A stretch of 64,000 nt of DNA. Origin: Marsupella aquatica. Taxonomy: Eukaryota; Plantae; Marchantiophyta. A program made the translations under genes and the position numbers. The DNA lies in contig OZ316893.1 in assembly GCA_973895155.1 (NCBI GenBank), forward strand, positions 23,086,015 to 23,150,014, in the 5' to 3' direction. This document shows, piece by piece, positions 1 through 13,297 of the stretch (the first letter of the stretch is position 1; every line of letters starts with the position of its first letter). The notes under the pieces were generated by a model. That model was not told where the DNA came from. It worked only from the letters and a program-made list of their open reading frames with translations, and did no database searches.

Positions 1-3000
1 CAAACGGTTTCCACGAAGACCCAGAACTCCACAAACACCATCTGAACGCATCAACGTGCCGAATGCGAGGATTGCGAGATAGCTCTAGAGCTGAAGCGGC
101 AAATTGGAGCGATCGAGTCGATCCAACGGGAAGGAAAAGCTGATTAGGGTGCTGAACGGGGTCATCGAGAGGGTCGATCTCGGTCACCACAGCACCGATT
201 GCATCCAAAATTGGGATCAAAATGACCAGCGCAAGACGCCGATTCCGGATCCGCTCGAGAATTCCAACGAGAAAAACCGATTTTCAAGTGGGCGATCTCT
301 AGAATGTGGTCCAGTGCGCTCTCGCGGAGCCAGAGCCATCATCCCCTCCGGCACCATCCCCCAAACCGGCCGGGCCAGAAACGCGCGGGGCTGCGGCTCA
401 CGCTCCCCGGCCGTCCGATCGCCCCCGGTTTCACACGTGTCAGACATCTAACCCTGCCGGCAACCCTCAAGGCGTTCTCGTTGCCAGCGGTGGGGTTCTA
501 TGGCTGGGGCCCTCCCGGTGATCTGTTTATTTATTTATTTGTTTGCTTTATTTATTTGTTTACTTATTTATTGATTTATTGTAGATTGAAATAGCTTGAG
601 TTTTGGGTCGTTTAATGTAAATAGAGGTGCGAACATTCAAGCCCACTAAGCCATTTTCAGAGACTCGCCCTGCCCCCAATCCTGGTTTTCCATTCTCGCC
701 CCCATTGTAAATTATGCTCCTAGAGGCATGGTCTAGAGACTTCGCTCTAGGCCCTGAAAAGTAAAGTTTGGTTGTAGGAATTTAGTTAGATTGAATGATG
801 GATTGGAAGAAAGAGTGAGCAGCTGGGATGGGATCTCAATCCAAACCTTTGAATTCAAATGGGATTGATCACAAAATGCTCTGGATATGAAACTGATGCA
901 GTTTTTACTCTAAATCCACCATTCTAGTCAGAATAAATGTTTCCATAATCCTATTTTGAGCATTGAAATAGTAGTGAAGCATACATTTGAATTGATGCCA
1001 ACAAGGATTTTAACCAAAACCTAATATGATTGGCACACACATCACCACACACAACTGCGTGTTAAATCTAAGTCAAGTTAATACGAATCTAAGTCAAGTT
1101 AATACACTATCTAAGTCAAGTTAATACACTCTATACACCAGAACATAATCCAATATACTATATTTATGATTTACAAATCAAGTGATCAGAATGACATGTA
1201 TCTTGGTTTATTTTCTGGTTGTATGGCTAATGTAGATCACTCATCCACAGCTGACGTTGCCGCATTCTGGAAGGGATCAACAGATGCCCTACAGTGTCAT
1301 TTTCACCTCATTCAACATCAATGCTGCCTGTATTGTCAGTCAACCCGTGAATGTGGGATGGGTGGGGCTCCATACCGGGTATGAACCCTGTATACATGTG
1401 AGTTCCCTAACTATTCCACAACCTAGGCCAGTACCGTGCTGGAAATGGCGTGATGGGTGGAGATGCTCTTAGTCACAATCAATGTTTATAGGATTCTAAA
1501 GCTTATGAACTGTTAGTCACATACTTTGACAAAGAGTTCATAAGCTTAAGAATCCTTTTGGAGCAAACAAGTTTAGATGGAAATCTGATCCAAGCTTATA
1601 GCTCTTGTATTGTATTTTGTATATTAAGTATTGGATGATTGAGGTGTAGGGCATACTTTAGCTTCTCGTGCATCAAGCAAAGGTTTATGGGCTTTGATTG
1701 GACTATTCAAAATGATATCTGTGCTTATAGTGATTCCTGAGCTTGGGCTGTTCGCTCCCATACTAATCATTGGCATCTCATGCAATCATTACTTCAATAA
1801 TTACTACAACTACCACAAACACATGTGACCATCCAAAGCAGTTAGGCACAGACCTATATTACATGCAGGAGCTTAAACTGGTGTAGAACTGTCTGGCCGA
1901 GGGTTGAACTTAAGACCTACTGGTCACAAGTGACCCCTAGCCACCTGAGTTGAAAAATGCACACCGTTTCACTATTGGCGCCTCAGTCATAGAAAATGTA
2001 TCAAGTCCTGTAGAATTAACTCCATATCCTGAGTAAGGGATTTCTCATCTTGAACTGAGCATTGGCCCCCTTGGAAAGTCATGGGCATTCAAGTTGAGAC
2101 CCTTTTTACCACACACTAGGAAGATGGAAGCTAGACATAAGAGTTCATTCACTAGGATAGATGGGGCTTCCCTACCAGTCACAAAAAGCAGGGATTTTAA
2201 CTGTGGCTGAGTACCACAAGGCTTAGTTGTCAAATGCTGGTGACCCTTTACCTTGTGTTCAGGATCTAGATATAAGGGTACCTTCATCCAAACCAATTGA
2301 ACTCCATGCAAGTTGATGCTGGGATGGACCACCATGCTTCAAGTCAGGACTCTGATGGATCAAACACTTTTTGGCACTCAATCAATATGCTCAATGGACC
2401 ACTGTGTTTGACATCAGGACTAGAACGGCCCAAACAAGTTTTGGAACCCAAAACGTCAGTACCACTTGAGTTAAATAGTGCTTTCAAAATGGTCCATGCA
2501 GGTTTTGGATGGTTTATCAGAGCTTCTTGCCCAACGCTGTGGTATGTATATTGGAACTTGGTTTTGCACAATTGCACCTCACCAAATAGTCTTTGCCACT
2601 TTTGACAAGAACCTTTCAGGCTTTTTGTCTTCTATTAGCCGGTCCCATTGACCTAGCCACAGACCCCATTAGCCAGAGGTTGTCCTTAAAGCTAGGGATA
2701 GTTAGCAGTCAAAAATCACTCTACAAAAATTAGATACCAAAAATTCTTAGCATGTTTCTCCTTTCTTCCAAGTACCCTTCTCTACCCTGATGAAAAGAAA
2801 GAAGAAAACCTTAACTTACTCTACCGTAACCCACTCCTTCATTAGTTTGATCCATCCAGGAATCAAAGTCTGGATTTTCTTTAGTGGCTAAATTTGCTAA
2901 ATTCCACCTCCACTTTTGGCCAAAACTGGCTAGTATTAGCCATTCCATTAGCCAGTTTCCTACCTAGCCAGAATCTAACTGCCATCCTTAAGTCTAGGGA

Positions 3001-3511
3001 AATCTGACTGTCAGAAAGTAACCTTGGAAAACTAGATAATGAACATTCCCAGCATCTTCTCCTTCACACAAAGTGACATTCATGCTTTGGCAAAATGGAA
3101 AAACCCACTCCTTGATTCGTTTGTTCCATCGAGGGATTCCAGGGATTCCAGGCCAGGTACACTTTTATAATATAATGTAGCATAATGTAGGAGTAGAGCA
3201 GTACAAAAGAATGATGTTGGTGTTGCCGTGTTGCTGCCCATCATGATTATTCTTGTCACCAGGCTATGAGACACCACCATTAAAGAAGATAGGACGCGAG
3301 TGAGACGGAGTGGAAAGGGATTTGGTTATTTGGAACATGGGCATCTGACGAGAGGCTCCAAGAGCACTGTGTGTGTGTCTGCCCAGATTTTGATTCGATC
3401 ACTGCACAACAAGAAGATGTAGAAGTAGTAGACGAAGAAGAAGAAGAAGGAAGAAGAAGAAGAAGATGTAGGAGCAGATGTAGTAGTCGTCATTGACGAG
3501 TTTGGAATTGG

Positions 3512-6500
3512 ATGGAATGGAATGGAGCCGAATTGATTGTAGTAGTGATGGGCGGAACTGTGGCTCGAGCTAGCAGTAATCTCATCAGTGTCGGCAAAAG
3601 CAGCAGCAGCTGCTGCACCATCATCTCTTCTCGGCTGTTGCCCGTTAACAAACTCCTGCTGCTGCCCACGTCCTCCGCGTCTTCTCGCTGCTCCTCTTCT
3701 GCTGCGTCCATCACTGTTTCTCCTCACCAGAATTTTGGCCTCACTACTCTCCGCCCTTCCTTGGCCATTCGGAAATCGTCTGTCAGCCTCCACCAGGCCC
3801 TCACATTTTGTGCTGCCTTTCCTTCTCCTTCTCCTTCTCGTTCGTCGTGTTCTTGTTGGTCTGGTTCGCCTTTTTCAGCTTCTGAATCTTGTAAGCAGCT
3901 GGGTGGGTCTCTCATGAGTTCTCGTCTGGCTCCCGCATTCTCGTCGTTTTGTGGGTTGACCCGACTTGACGGGTTGATCATCACCAGCAGTGGGAGCAGG
4001 AGCAGGCATCATCATCATCGTGGGTCCAAGGGGGCTTTGGGTCGCCATCCTCCTGTTAGGAATGCGAAGGCCTCCTCTGTGGAAATCAGGTCCATCGTCT
4101 CTTCAGGATTGAGTGACTACTGGTGCTGTTGGAGGGAGGGACGAGGCGGAGGTGGAGTTGGAGGGAAATTGAAGAGCAGATGTATGGAGACTGAAAATAA
4201 GGGACAGAGAAGTGAATGCTGCAGCAGTAGTGGCCCCAAGGCTGCTGCTGCTGGTGGTGATCAGCCCGTTTCTTCTTCAGTGTTACCTCCACTTCCAGCG
4301 AATCCAGCTATGTCAAAAGTGTGCATCTGAAACTTTTTCCGAATGTTATTTTCCAGATTCCTTCCCTTCGCTGCTTCCCTTTTTGTGCATTCATGCATAC
4401 CTTTCAAGATTTAGGGTAGGCTGGGGCCATGATGAAAAGACACTTGACCTCTTTGAGGATTTTTTGATACCAATGATGTTTGGTCAGTCGGAGGTAAAGG
4501 TGGAAAAATGGATGCTTGAAATATGGTTTTTGATGAACGAATTCAGGTGAAAGGGATGGCAATTAGATTTTGTCCTCGATGCGGTGGTGCAACGGAGGAA
4601 AAAATCCCTGTTGGGGAGCATGAGAAGCGTTATGTTTGCACTGCCTGTGGTGCTGTCCATTACCAAAATCCCAAGATGGTAGGCTTCGGTCCAAAGCTGT
4701 CCTGTTGTCAATTGTGTGATGTATGTTAATCGCGTTATGCTCATCGTCCGGTTGAGTGGAATCAAGGAGGAGTTGTTGAATCTGGTCTGTTAATTGAAAG
4801 CAAGTAAGGACGTTTCTAATCTCTACGACAGCCGCCCTGTTTTGAATTTGCATCGAATGACTCTTCTGCTATACATGGGGACTTGAACATCCCTAGGGTC
4901 GTAGCCATTTCTAGAAGTTTCGAGATGGAGGTTATCAATGTGAACCAAAAACAAAGTGAAGAAAAATAGGGTGGACGTGAAATACATGAGAGCTAGATCT
5001 GGCCTCATAATTGGACCCATTTGGCAGGCTTTGGTAACTATGGTCTTGCTTCCCTTGTACCATTTTCCTTTCCTGACGCAGCTTGCTATTTATTGCAGGT
5101 TGTTGGGTGTTTGGTGGAGCATGAAGGGAAAATTCTCTTGTGCAGGAGGAACATTGAACCGTCTTTTGGTCTCTGGTAAAGCATGAAATGCATTCTCGCT
5201 CTACGCATTTGAAGATTGTTGTCGTGTAGCAGATAATTTGGACTATATGAGTCCTTGTCGTGGCTGATTACTGACAAATTCGGATGGAAGATGATGAGTT
5301 TAAAGTGCATGTGAACTGTCCTCCCAAAGTGAAGTGTGACGGGGGACATCGGTCATCTATATCTCTCTGTCCGTGACGACAAAGTGTATCTGCTTGGCTC
5401 CCAGGACGTTGCCGGCTGGTTATATGGAAATGGGAGAGTCAGCTGCCGAAGGAGCTGCAAGAGAAACGCTGGAGGAAGCTTGCGCACACGTACAAGTGCT
5501 TGGCCTTTTTGCCCACATTGATATACCTCTCATAGGCCAGGTGAGGAACTTCTTTCCTTGTGCACTGCTTCCACATTTGGTGGAGTTGAAAATCTCTTTG
5601 TCAGATTTAGATGTGGACAGGATTGACTTGTGTAAGGCAAAATATCGTTTACTATGTAATGAGTCAAAAGATGGAGAAAATAAGGATCTATTGCGATGCA
5701 GAAAGGCTCTGTCAGGAGCTTTGGGATGCTACATGCAGGCAAGGGTCACGCCGTTTTGGTTTATATTCTTTGGTATCTGACTGATTTTGATCTTAAACAG
5801 TGCAGAGCCATATCTATTTCCGAGCTCAAATGAAGGATCCTCATTTCGCTCCAGGTCCAGAGTCCATCGAATGTGCCCTTTTCAAGCTGAATGAAATACC
5901 ACTTGACGATCTTGCCTTCTCCTCGATTCAAGTCGCTTTGAAAATGGTACGTGTTCGAGTCCTCGTGAACAGAAACTGAATTACATAAAGAAATTGTCCT
6001 GGTAGTTCCTTATCTGGCTCAAGTACACGACCCACATGTTGTGTTTTTTTCCCCTCTAATTGGCAAACCATGCATCAGCCATTTCACTAAGAAAGTTTCT
6101 AGATGAGAAAACATCATGGAAATTTCCTGTGTGGAAAACCAAATTTGGAAGAAAGTGAAAGACCCTTTCTGGAAAGCTGAAAGCAATCTTGCTCAAGCAG
6201 AGGGTTACACAGCAAATTGTTTTGTTTAATTTGGCATTTAATAGAGAGCCAAAGCAAGACTTATCTCCGCATGTCGGTTCTAGAGGATCTGATCTTATGG
6301 TGCAGAAGATTTGGTGCGGTAATGTTATTACTGTACTAAGTCTCTCCTTCCACTCTTGCTTTGGCAGTTTAGCCTACCAAGACTGTAGCAGCCTGACAGA
6401 GCACAGAAGTTCGTCGGCCATAATATTTTGCAGAAATGGTGGCCTTGCTGGTTGTGTGTGCGCTTAATTTTGGGAGAAGTCTGTTAGGAAGCCCCGCGCC

Positions 6501-6943
6501 CCCCCCCACCAGCAGAGACGATGTTAACGAGTGATCTTTCGAAGACTTTCAAGCTCTCCACAGTTAGTTTCGTGTGGATTTGCTTTTGAAGGGTGTTATA
6601 GTAGGTTTTAAATTGACTGCTGCAGGTTTCTCCTGACACAAGATATTGATTCGTATTGGTGGTGGGCACTTGTACAGTATATGGAGGATACCAAAGCAGG
6701 AAAAATGAGAGTTCATCATGCAGTCATTGACAAGAGGTTTGTTCCGACTCCTTTTTTCCCTGCATTAGGGTGCCTCAGCTGACAGAGAGAATATGCGGCC
6801 TTCAAGCTATGTTGTTTCCGGCTTAATGGTTGGTAATTTTCCTTAAGAGCCAAGACCAACTGGTTGGGTGGTGTGATTACAGACCAGGTGCCAGTCCATC
6901 AGATCTCAAGGGATTTCTCGTTCGGGACGTTTTAACCAGCTAA
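3512..6943 (+). CDS. NUDX23: Nudix hydrolase 23-like (FAD/ADP-ribose pyrophosphatase, Zn-ribbon + Nudix domain), 7 exons; start codon uncertain
   Basis: GT-AG exons 3512-4318, 4547-4678 (FCPRCGG...[16 protein letters not shown] Zn ribbon), 5099-5175 ([26 protein letters not shown]), 5405-5540 (Nudix box [21 protein letters not shown]), 5806-5946, 6678-6736 and 6883-6943 (stop TAA) join in frame. Exon 1 is Ser-rich and transit-peptide-like; a downstream ATG could be the real start. Confidence 0.88.
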
Positions 6944-8885
6944 GGCCGGGACATGTTGTCGGTGGTAGTTGTGATTGCACTCTCTAGCCTCCTGGGACAA
7001 GATGAGATAACCCAGGCTAAATGGAGTTTGGAACTACTGCAGTCAGAGCATCTACGTCGCCAGGGAGAAAGAGACATCCACACCACAAGCTATCCGTGTT
7101 ATGGTGCTTGGTCAATAATCTTGCAGGGGGTGATCAACTTGTTTGGGCAGTTGCAAAGTGCCCAGGAATTGGTGGTGGAATCTATGAAGGAGCTAGGAGA
7201 TCATGAAGCCTTCAATTTTTTTGTTACGGGCAACAACAGTGCCATGGAGTACGTCGCAAACGGGACAACAGTACTTAACTGAGCACTTTGCCGTATGGAT
7301 TGTCTCCGAGCATTCTCTCCGAATTCAACAGTTTGAGTTCATTTGAAAATTAAGGATTTGTTGTGCAGTCAAATTACAGGTTGAGACTATTACCAAAGTA
7401 TATATTTCTACGGTAGAGTGCAATTGCATAATCTCTTCGCATCCAGCAGTTGGGTTAGTTCTGGTCGCCTTTTCGTCCACCTTGAGTAGAAATGAATCGA
7501 CTTTATGCCTCTCCTGTTGATGCTATAACTTTACACATGATAACACGTTTAGGCGTGCTGGAGATGTTCGACTAAAGTTTGTTTAAGACGTCCACAACCA
7601 CTTTGTCTCTTCACCACTACCGATGTAAGGCGTTGGACCAAGAGAGGCTGACTTTAGAACACTTCTTATGACATGACAATCTTTCACCTGAGCCAGCCCT
7701 TATCCCAACCTCTTCATTCAGACACCAAAGACATGACGCCAGCCTTCCTGAAAGCTACGATCTGGCTTCTGTTACAGCAGGCGATAGTGTGGGTGAACGA
7801 CAAGATTTTCTGAACCAGGACACTACTACTGGGAAGTCTCTAAATCATTGGGAACAAAAACTCATCAGTACTGCTAAGGCTTCTGGGGACTAGGAACCTG
7901 AAACAAGCACTTGTGGATGATCTTTAACATAATAGACATAGATTTGGGCTACTTTCTCAATGACAACAAAGAACAATTCTGAGGTTACAACAATTATCCT
8001 ATCCAGCTTTACTTGAAAGACAGCAATCTCCTCAAGTGAGACTAACACGGTTCGAGATGTTCCCATCCACTTTGGTTTGCCAGAAGAAAGAGTAGACGTA
8101 GCTCCCAAGCATAGTTGCAAACGATGGAGGTGGATAACAATTTGCCATGTTCCTCTCGTGGTTGGAACCATGACCTCGTGGAATACTACGCCGAAAGGAC
8201 TACGCGAGTTCTTAGTGGGTTGAGAACACGGTAGTTGGCGTTTGTGATAGAACCGATAAGTTTGTGCCAAAAGGGTCCCATTCCAACTTGTTTGAAGATG
8301 ATACCACTACTGCTCTTAGCGGCGGCCGAGACAAATGTTGTTGGTCATTCTCAAAATTTGACCGCGTCACAATTGCATACTATGGTGAAAGAATGTGGGT
8401 GTAACGTTTTGTCTTGGCACACAACACAACCGTTGATCCTAGCTAAGCAACTCGCTACGCACTTCATGAGTTTCTCCAATGCCAGAGGTTTGACCGGTGC
8501 TCTTGTATAATTTGGAAGTGCAAAAAATTAAAAATAAACACATGGGACCAAAAGTTAAATATCTGGGTATTTCAATTCACGGTGATACACTTTCTCCTAG
8601 TGCTATATATGGAGGCTTAACAGGCGAACCGGTCACCAGTGAATTTGTATGCTGTTGGCAATGGTTGCAGCTTGGACTACTGCGCCTTGATAATGCGGAA
8701 TCAGTAACTTACAAGAAAGCAAAACTGTATGTTCGAGAAGGCCCTAAAAGCAAATCCATGAAAGCTGTCACTTGTGAGACTCACTCCTGGTCGCTCAACC
8801 ACTGTACTTAGTTTCTATGTCGATGAACTTGTTCCCACATCAATGGGCATCTAAAATACTCTACCAGCACTATGACCAATGATTG

Positions 8886-11728
8886 CTAGACCCTACTTTT
8901 GCAAACATCCCTTGCCTCGATCGACCCATTCAGTATAGAGAAAAGAACATCCTTGTGAACAAGATAACCATGCCGTAAGCTGAGGAAGAATTGCCGATCG
9001 CCAATTACTACAACCATCACGCCACATCCACCATAAATTAAGGGCAATGGAAATTACGAACATTCCTATTTGTCAGAAATCACACGGTTCTAGATAATAA
9101 GAAAAGCAATCCCAATTCGTAGACAAGGGAAGTAGCTTCAATTCTACTGAAATGAAACAGAAGATTCAGCAGATCCTATTTAGTAGTCGATGATTAAAGC
9201 GGTGAGGCGAGTCAAACATCGAGTCAAACTCCCATCTTGAGTATCCCAATCGAGCAGGAGTATTTAGACAGAATTTGTGGTTCTCCCTGCGAAATGTGTT
9301 ATGGACTTCGAGTATGAGTCGTGACTGGTGCAGGGAAATTACCATCCAAAGGGATCACAATCTTGTTGGCAGCACCTTCCAGCTCTGCATTGGTCATTCC
9401 CTTCAGTGGCGGAAGAATATCACTGCACAGACAAAGTAGCGGCGTTCATGCAGCGAATTGGCAGATAGTGAACTACTGCAAATTGTTAAATCAAGGCAAC
9501 CCCTCCTCAATGGCTACGTCCTGGCCTCCAGTATGTATGTTGAGTTTTTCCCTGGAAAGCACAAATCCTACTTCCCATCGAATGATGGAAGTAAAGAAGA
9601 GCAATTTCATGTTTCAACTGATCAATACCTGATATCAAAACGGAGGTCCTGCAGACGATCACAGGAAATCGGTCTGTTAATTACAATCTAGAATTCTGTC
9701 AGGCATACTGCATCCAAACTCTACACGACTGGCTTATTGAACTACCTGCTCTGTCCAATAAGAAACCTTTCACAACTCACAATGTGATCCCACGGTCATG
9801 TGTTTGTAGCCCGTATAAACAAGAAAGAGGACCAAGTTGTAAATGGATGTTGAGACGTTGGAGTAAACCTGTACCTCACGATTACCCCAGAAGTCCAGGA
9901 CACTAATTTGCACGATCCGCAAATCTGGCAATAGAAGAGACATCTCGCCAATCAATCTGCCAAATGGGCATCATCTCAAAATGGGCATACAAACAGCGGC
10001 TGGACACGTCTAGATGAAAAAGAATATGACGCTATGCCTGAAAATGACCCTCCTGTAGAACTACTCGAAACCATCGAAACTCTTTCTTGCAATTGTGAGC
10101 ACCTAAAATTGTCAATCCCACAAGTGACTGCTTTCATGCCAATCTACCAAGAATTGGTTTGCCGTGACAAATCGTGTCACCTATTTACATGTAAAGAACA
10201 CATCAAATTTAACTAACACTTCTTTTGAGCGGAAAACTAACCAGCTAAAAGTGGAAAATGATTGAGGTTAACCTGCGAGAGTAATACCACAGAGCAGTCG
10301 ATGCTGCACCTGCTCCACCAACAACAGCTCCCACAGCTAGAGTTGTCCCCAGTGACAAGGAACCCTATATTACATACTTGCACCACCGAGTATCAGTCTC
10401 ATCACAGACAATTCAAGGACGACACACTATCTTGTCGAGGCCCATCACTCCCATCTTCAACATTGGCAGTTCGATAGCTACCCCATTCTCATTGCCAAGC
10501 TTTGCACTTTCTATGTTTCGTTGACATACGCATTATTTAATAAACCTCAGTACACGAGCAGAATATCCTACTCTACACTGCTGTGCCACTATACGATCTC
10601 CAGCTTTGGGAATCCTCAATCGTCTATCACTGTTATTTATTTAGTTTTAAATCCCCCACTGTTACTAGTCATCGGGGTTTGCGCCGCAGGAAATTTACCT
10701 GCTGTGAATACTCTGCCAATGGAATTGCCAATGCCATCACACCACCCAATTGAAGCAGCTTGAATCTGATAGAGACATTCACGCAGCAAAATGCCACGGT
10801 AAGTCTGGAGCTTCGTAGGCAATCTCAAGCTCTCAAGGAGACAGTGTAGAGAACAATCAGCAAATAATTTTCGGTGGGATTTTTTTGCCTACATCCGGTT
10901 TGAACACCGTAATGTACCTGCTTTCCGAATTCATAGCCATTAGCCAAAAATCGAATAAGTCGCTCAACAACAACATTTCATACCACACCTAGGACACCCA
11001 ATACGCCGTTTCTAAGAATTTGGCTTGACGTCATAGGGGAAGAACAGAAGAAAGACCATCAAGGTCCCACTCAATCCCTTGACTGGAGGAGAAGAAAATA
11101 CGACAGAAGTATACATAATGGAGTGAAACATAACTCAGTGAGGCATAAAGGAGTGAAGTGTGAGCTGAAATTCCTCGTTATTAGACGGATTCGAGAGCCC
11201 ATCTGAGTACAGAATTTTGTTAAAGAGGTGCTCATCACCGAAGGTCTCACACAGCTACTGTGGTTAAGAACAAGAATAAGGCCATATTCTCCAGTCGTCA
11301 TGAAAAAGGGGTGAAACAGCTAAATATGAGATGGCGCCTCCTAAGAGATACAACAAAGGAATATTGTACCTGACGAGCAGTCGGATTGGGCGAATCCACT
11401 TTGCTCGGTAGAGAACAAGCTTTCCATTGGCGACGGCTTTCTTCTCCTGCGGTGCTTCAACCTCCTCTTGACCAGTATGAGCGCTTCTCATCCACTGTCC
11501 ACACTCCGGCCTCCAGAAATTTGTCGCTGTTCTTGAGCTAAGAGGAACTATGGAAACAAATTGCAACTCGGAGATTCGAGAACAGGCCCACAAATCACGA
11601 GTACCGCCCGGAGATCTAAGAGGAGAAGAGAGCGAAGACCCTGCTTTACACGGCTGGTGCAGAAGACTGTCCTGTAGCAACTGGAAGCAGGATGATACAA
11701 AAGCACGACGCCTGAACAGCATCGCCAT
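8886..11728 (-). CDS. TMEM186/TMEM70-family mitochondrial membrane protein, 7 exons
   Basis: Exons 11370-11728, 10699-10765, 10273-10364, 9875-9956, 9629-9648, 9343-9422 and 8886-9007 join in frame with GT-AG ends. The product has an Arg/Ser-rich presequence, LYRAKWIRPIRLLVRFKLLQL, two hydrophobic helices, then YSRRLIGEMSL...ISVLDFWGNREDLRFDISDILPP...FFLSLRHGYLV. This matches the pattern I recall for TMEM186 (RRLVG...LNFWGWR...FYVTLRYG). Confidence 0.72.
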
Positions 11729-13297
11729 CTCCTTGCAATGCGGAGCTCAGGTAGCAGGAACGGCATCCAAACCTGAAGATTGAGTTCAACGGGAAAGCCC
11801 TGCTGGGTTTACCGTAAACCTAAGCTTTGATACAACAATGGTGAGGTTCACCAAAGAGTTTTAGTAGTACATGGGTAGCTGAAATGCCATCTTACTTGCT
11901 CAAATAGAAAACAGACAGGTGCATTGACAGACGAATGAGCAGACTTAAACTTCATCGTAGTGTATGTCAACGAGGTCAACATTATGGTTTTGGCAGGTCT
12001 CGGTCACAAATTTCCCCAACTCAGATCCAGACGAACCCTAATCCCATCAAATCTGCTCAGACCCGGGTGCTCCACTACAGTTGAATAAGACCTTGGTTCT
12101 GATTCCAGGGAAGAGCTTTTTGGTCTTCTGTCCAGACTCCGTCTACTTCTCATTGTATAATTATCAAGTTCTATACGTGTTTTATCCGTATCGTTACCAT
12201 CGTTACCATAATTCTCCCAGACCATTCCGCAAAACGTCTTGTAGATCAAATAGAACAAACTTTGGTGGAGGCTCAGCACGGGGAGACTTCTTAAGGCTGT
12301 GGGTTGAACACAAGGTTGGCCAGTACAGAGAATGCCGCAAGTTTTTCCTTGAGTCATCTGTCCATAGGAGGGCTTTTTGGTCGCTACCTGTTTGTAAAGG
12401 GTGTACCAATTTTTCTTTATAAATTGTTTGGATGACTTACCTGGACATTTCGGTGTTGGTGAATCTAGATCCATAGCATTTTGGGTAAAAATAATCCTCT
12501 ACATACAAGATAAGCGGGTATGAATTGAACCAAGGGGTGCAGCAACTACAATCTGGTACGCTAAACATTGAAGGCCACAAATTGAAGCAGGGGGGATTTT
12601 TGGTGAGACATTCTAAGGGTGCTGCAACAAGAGACATGATATAGAAACAGTCATTCATGTCTTGGGGAACAGCATATGGAGTGATAGTATGGAGTCTTTC
12701 ATTCATATCTTGTCGGACTCAGAAGAATGCTCTCCTAGTTTCAATTTGGCCAGAATACTCTGAGGGCGACTAAACTCGATTAATGTCTTGCTAGTCCGTG
12801 ACAAGCGCGATTTATGTTTTTAATTCACAGCGCTTGCACACGAGAAATTGGGATCTGGTGATGTTCAGAATTCGCACAGCAAGAGCTGCAGGTGAGTTGT
12901 CCAATGTCAGGTGACAAAGAGGACTGGAATTTAGATCAATGTTTGGGTTCATTCTTGTGGGTAAAATTGCAACTTGAGGTGAAAGTTGTATCAATACAGA
13001 TGGGACAGTTGCAGACTGTCTCCAAATAAATATGGCTTTCCACAAACACTACCATTCCCATTTGCTGATGCAAATCGTTGTCGTCAGCTACTTGGTCATC
13101 CCAAACCTCAACTGAGGCGAACAAGAAAGGACCTATGTTGAATTCTCACGTCAAGCTGTGGAATCCATTGAGCTTGCTCATGAGGATGACTTTGATCCCA
13201 CGAACAAGCCAGGCTCATGTTCTGATATGAAAAGTTATTCTCAATGACAAACCAACGCAGAGTAAATTGTCAAAGACGCAGTCGAAATCAAGTTCTG

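Noticed and set aside
1-594. Overlapping GC-rich ORFs (104-451 +, 217-447 -, 304-594 +)
   Set aside because: No recognisable domain. This is probably the 5' leader or first exon of a gene lying outside the window, and strand and frame cannot be fixed.
1160-2605. Short ORFs that might be a transposon remnant
   Set aside because: Multiple stops and no transposase or RT motif that I can identify.
6953-8811. ORFs downstream of the Nudix stop (6953-7282, 7890-8270, 8235-8811)
   Set aside because: They lie in the convergent 3' UTR/intergenic zone between two genes and show no motifs or splice-supported structure.
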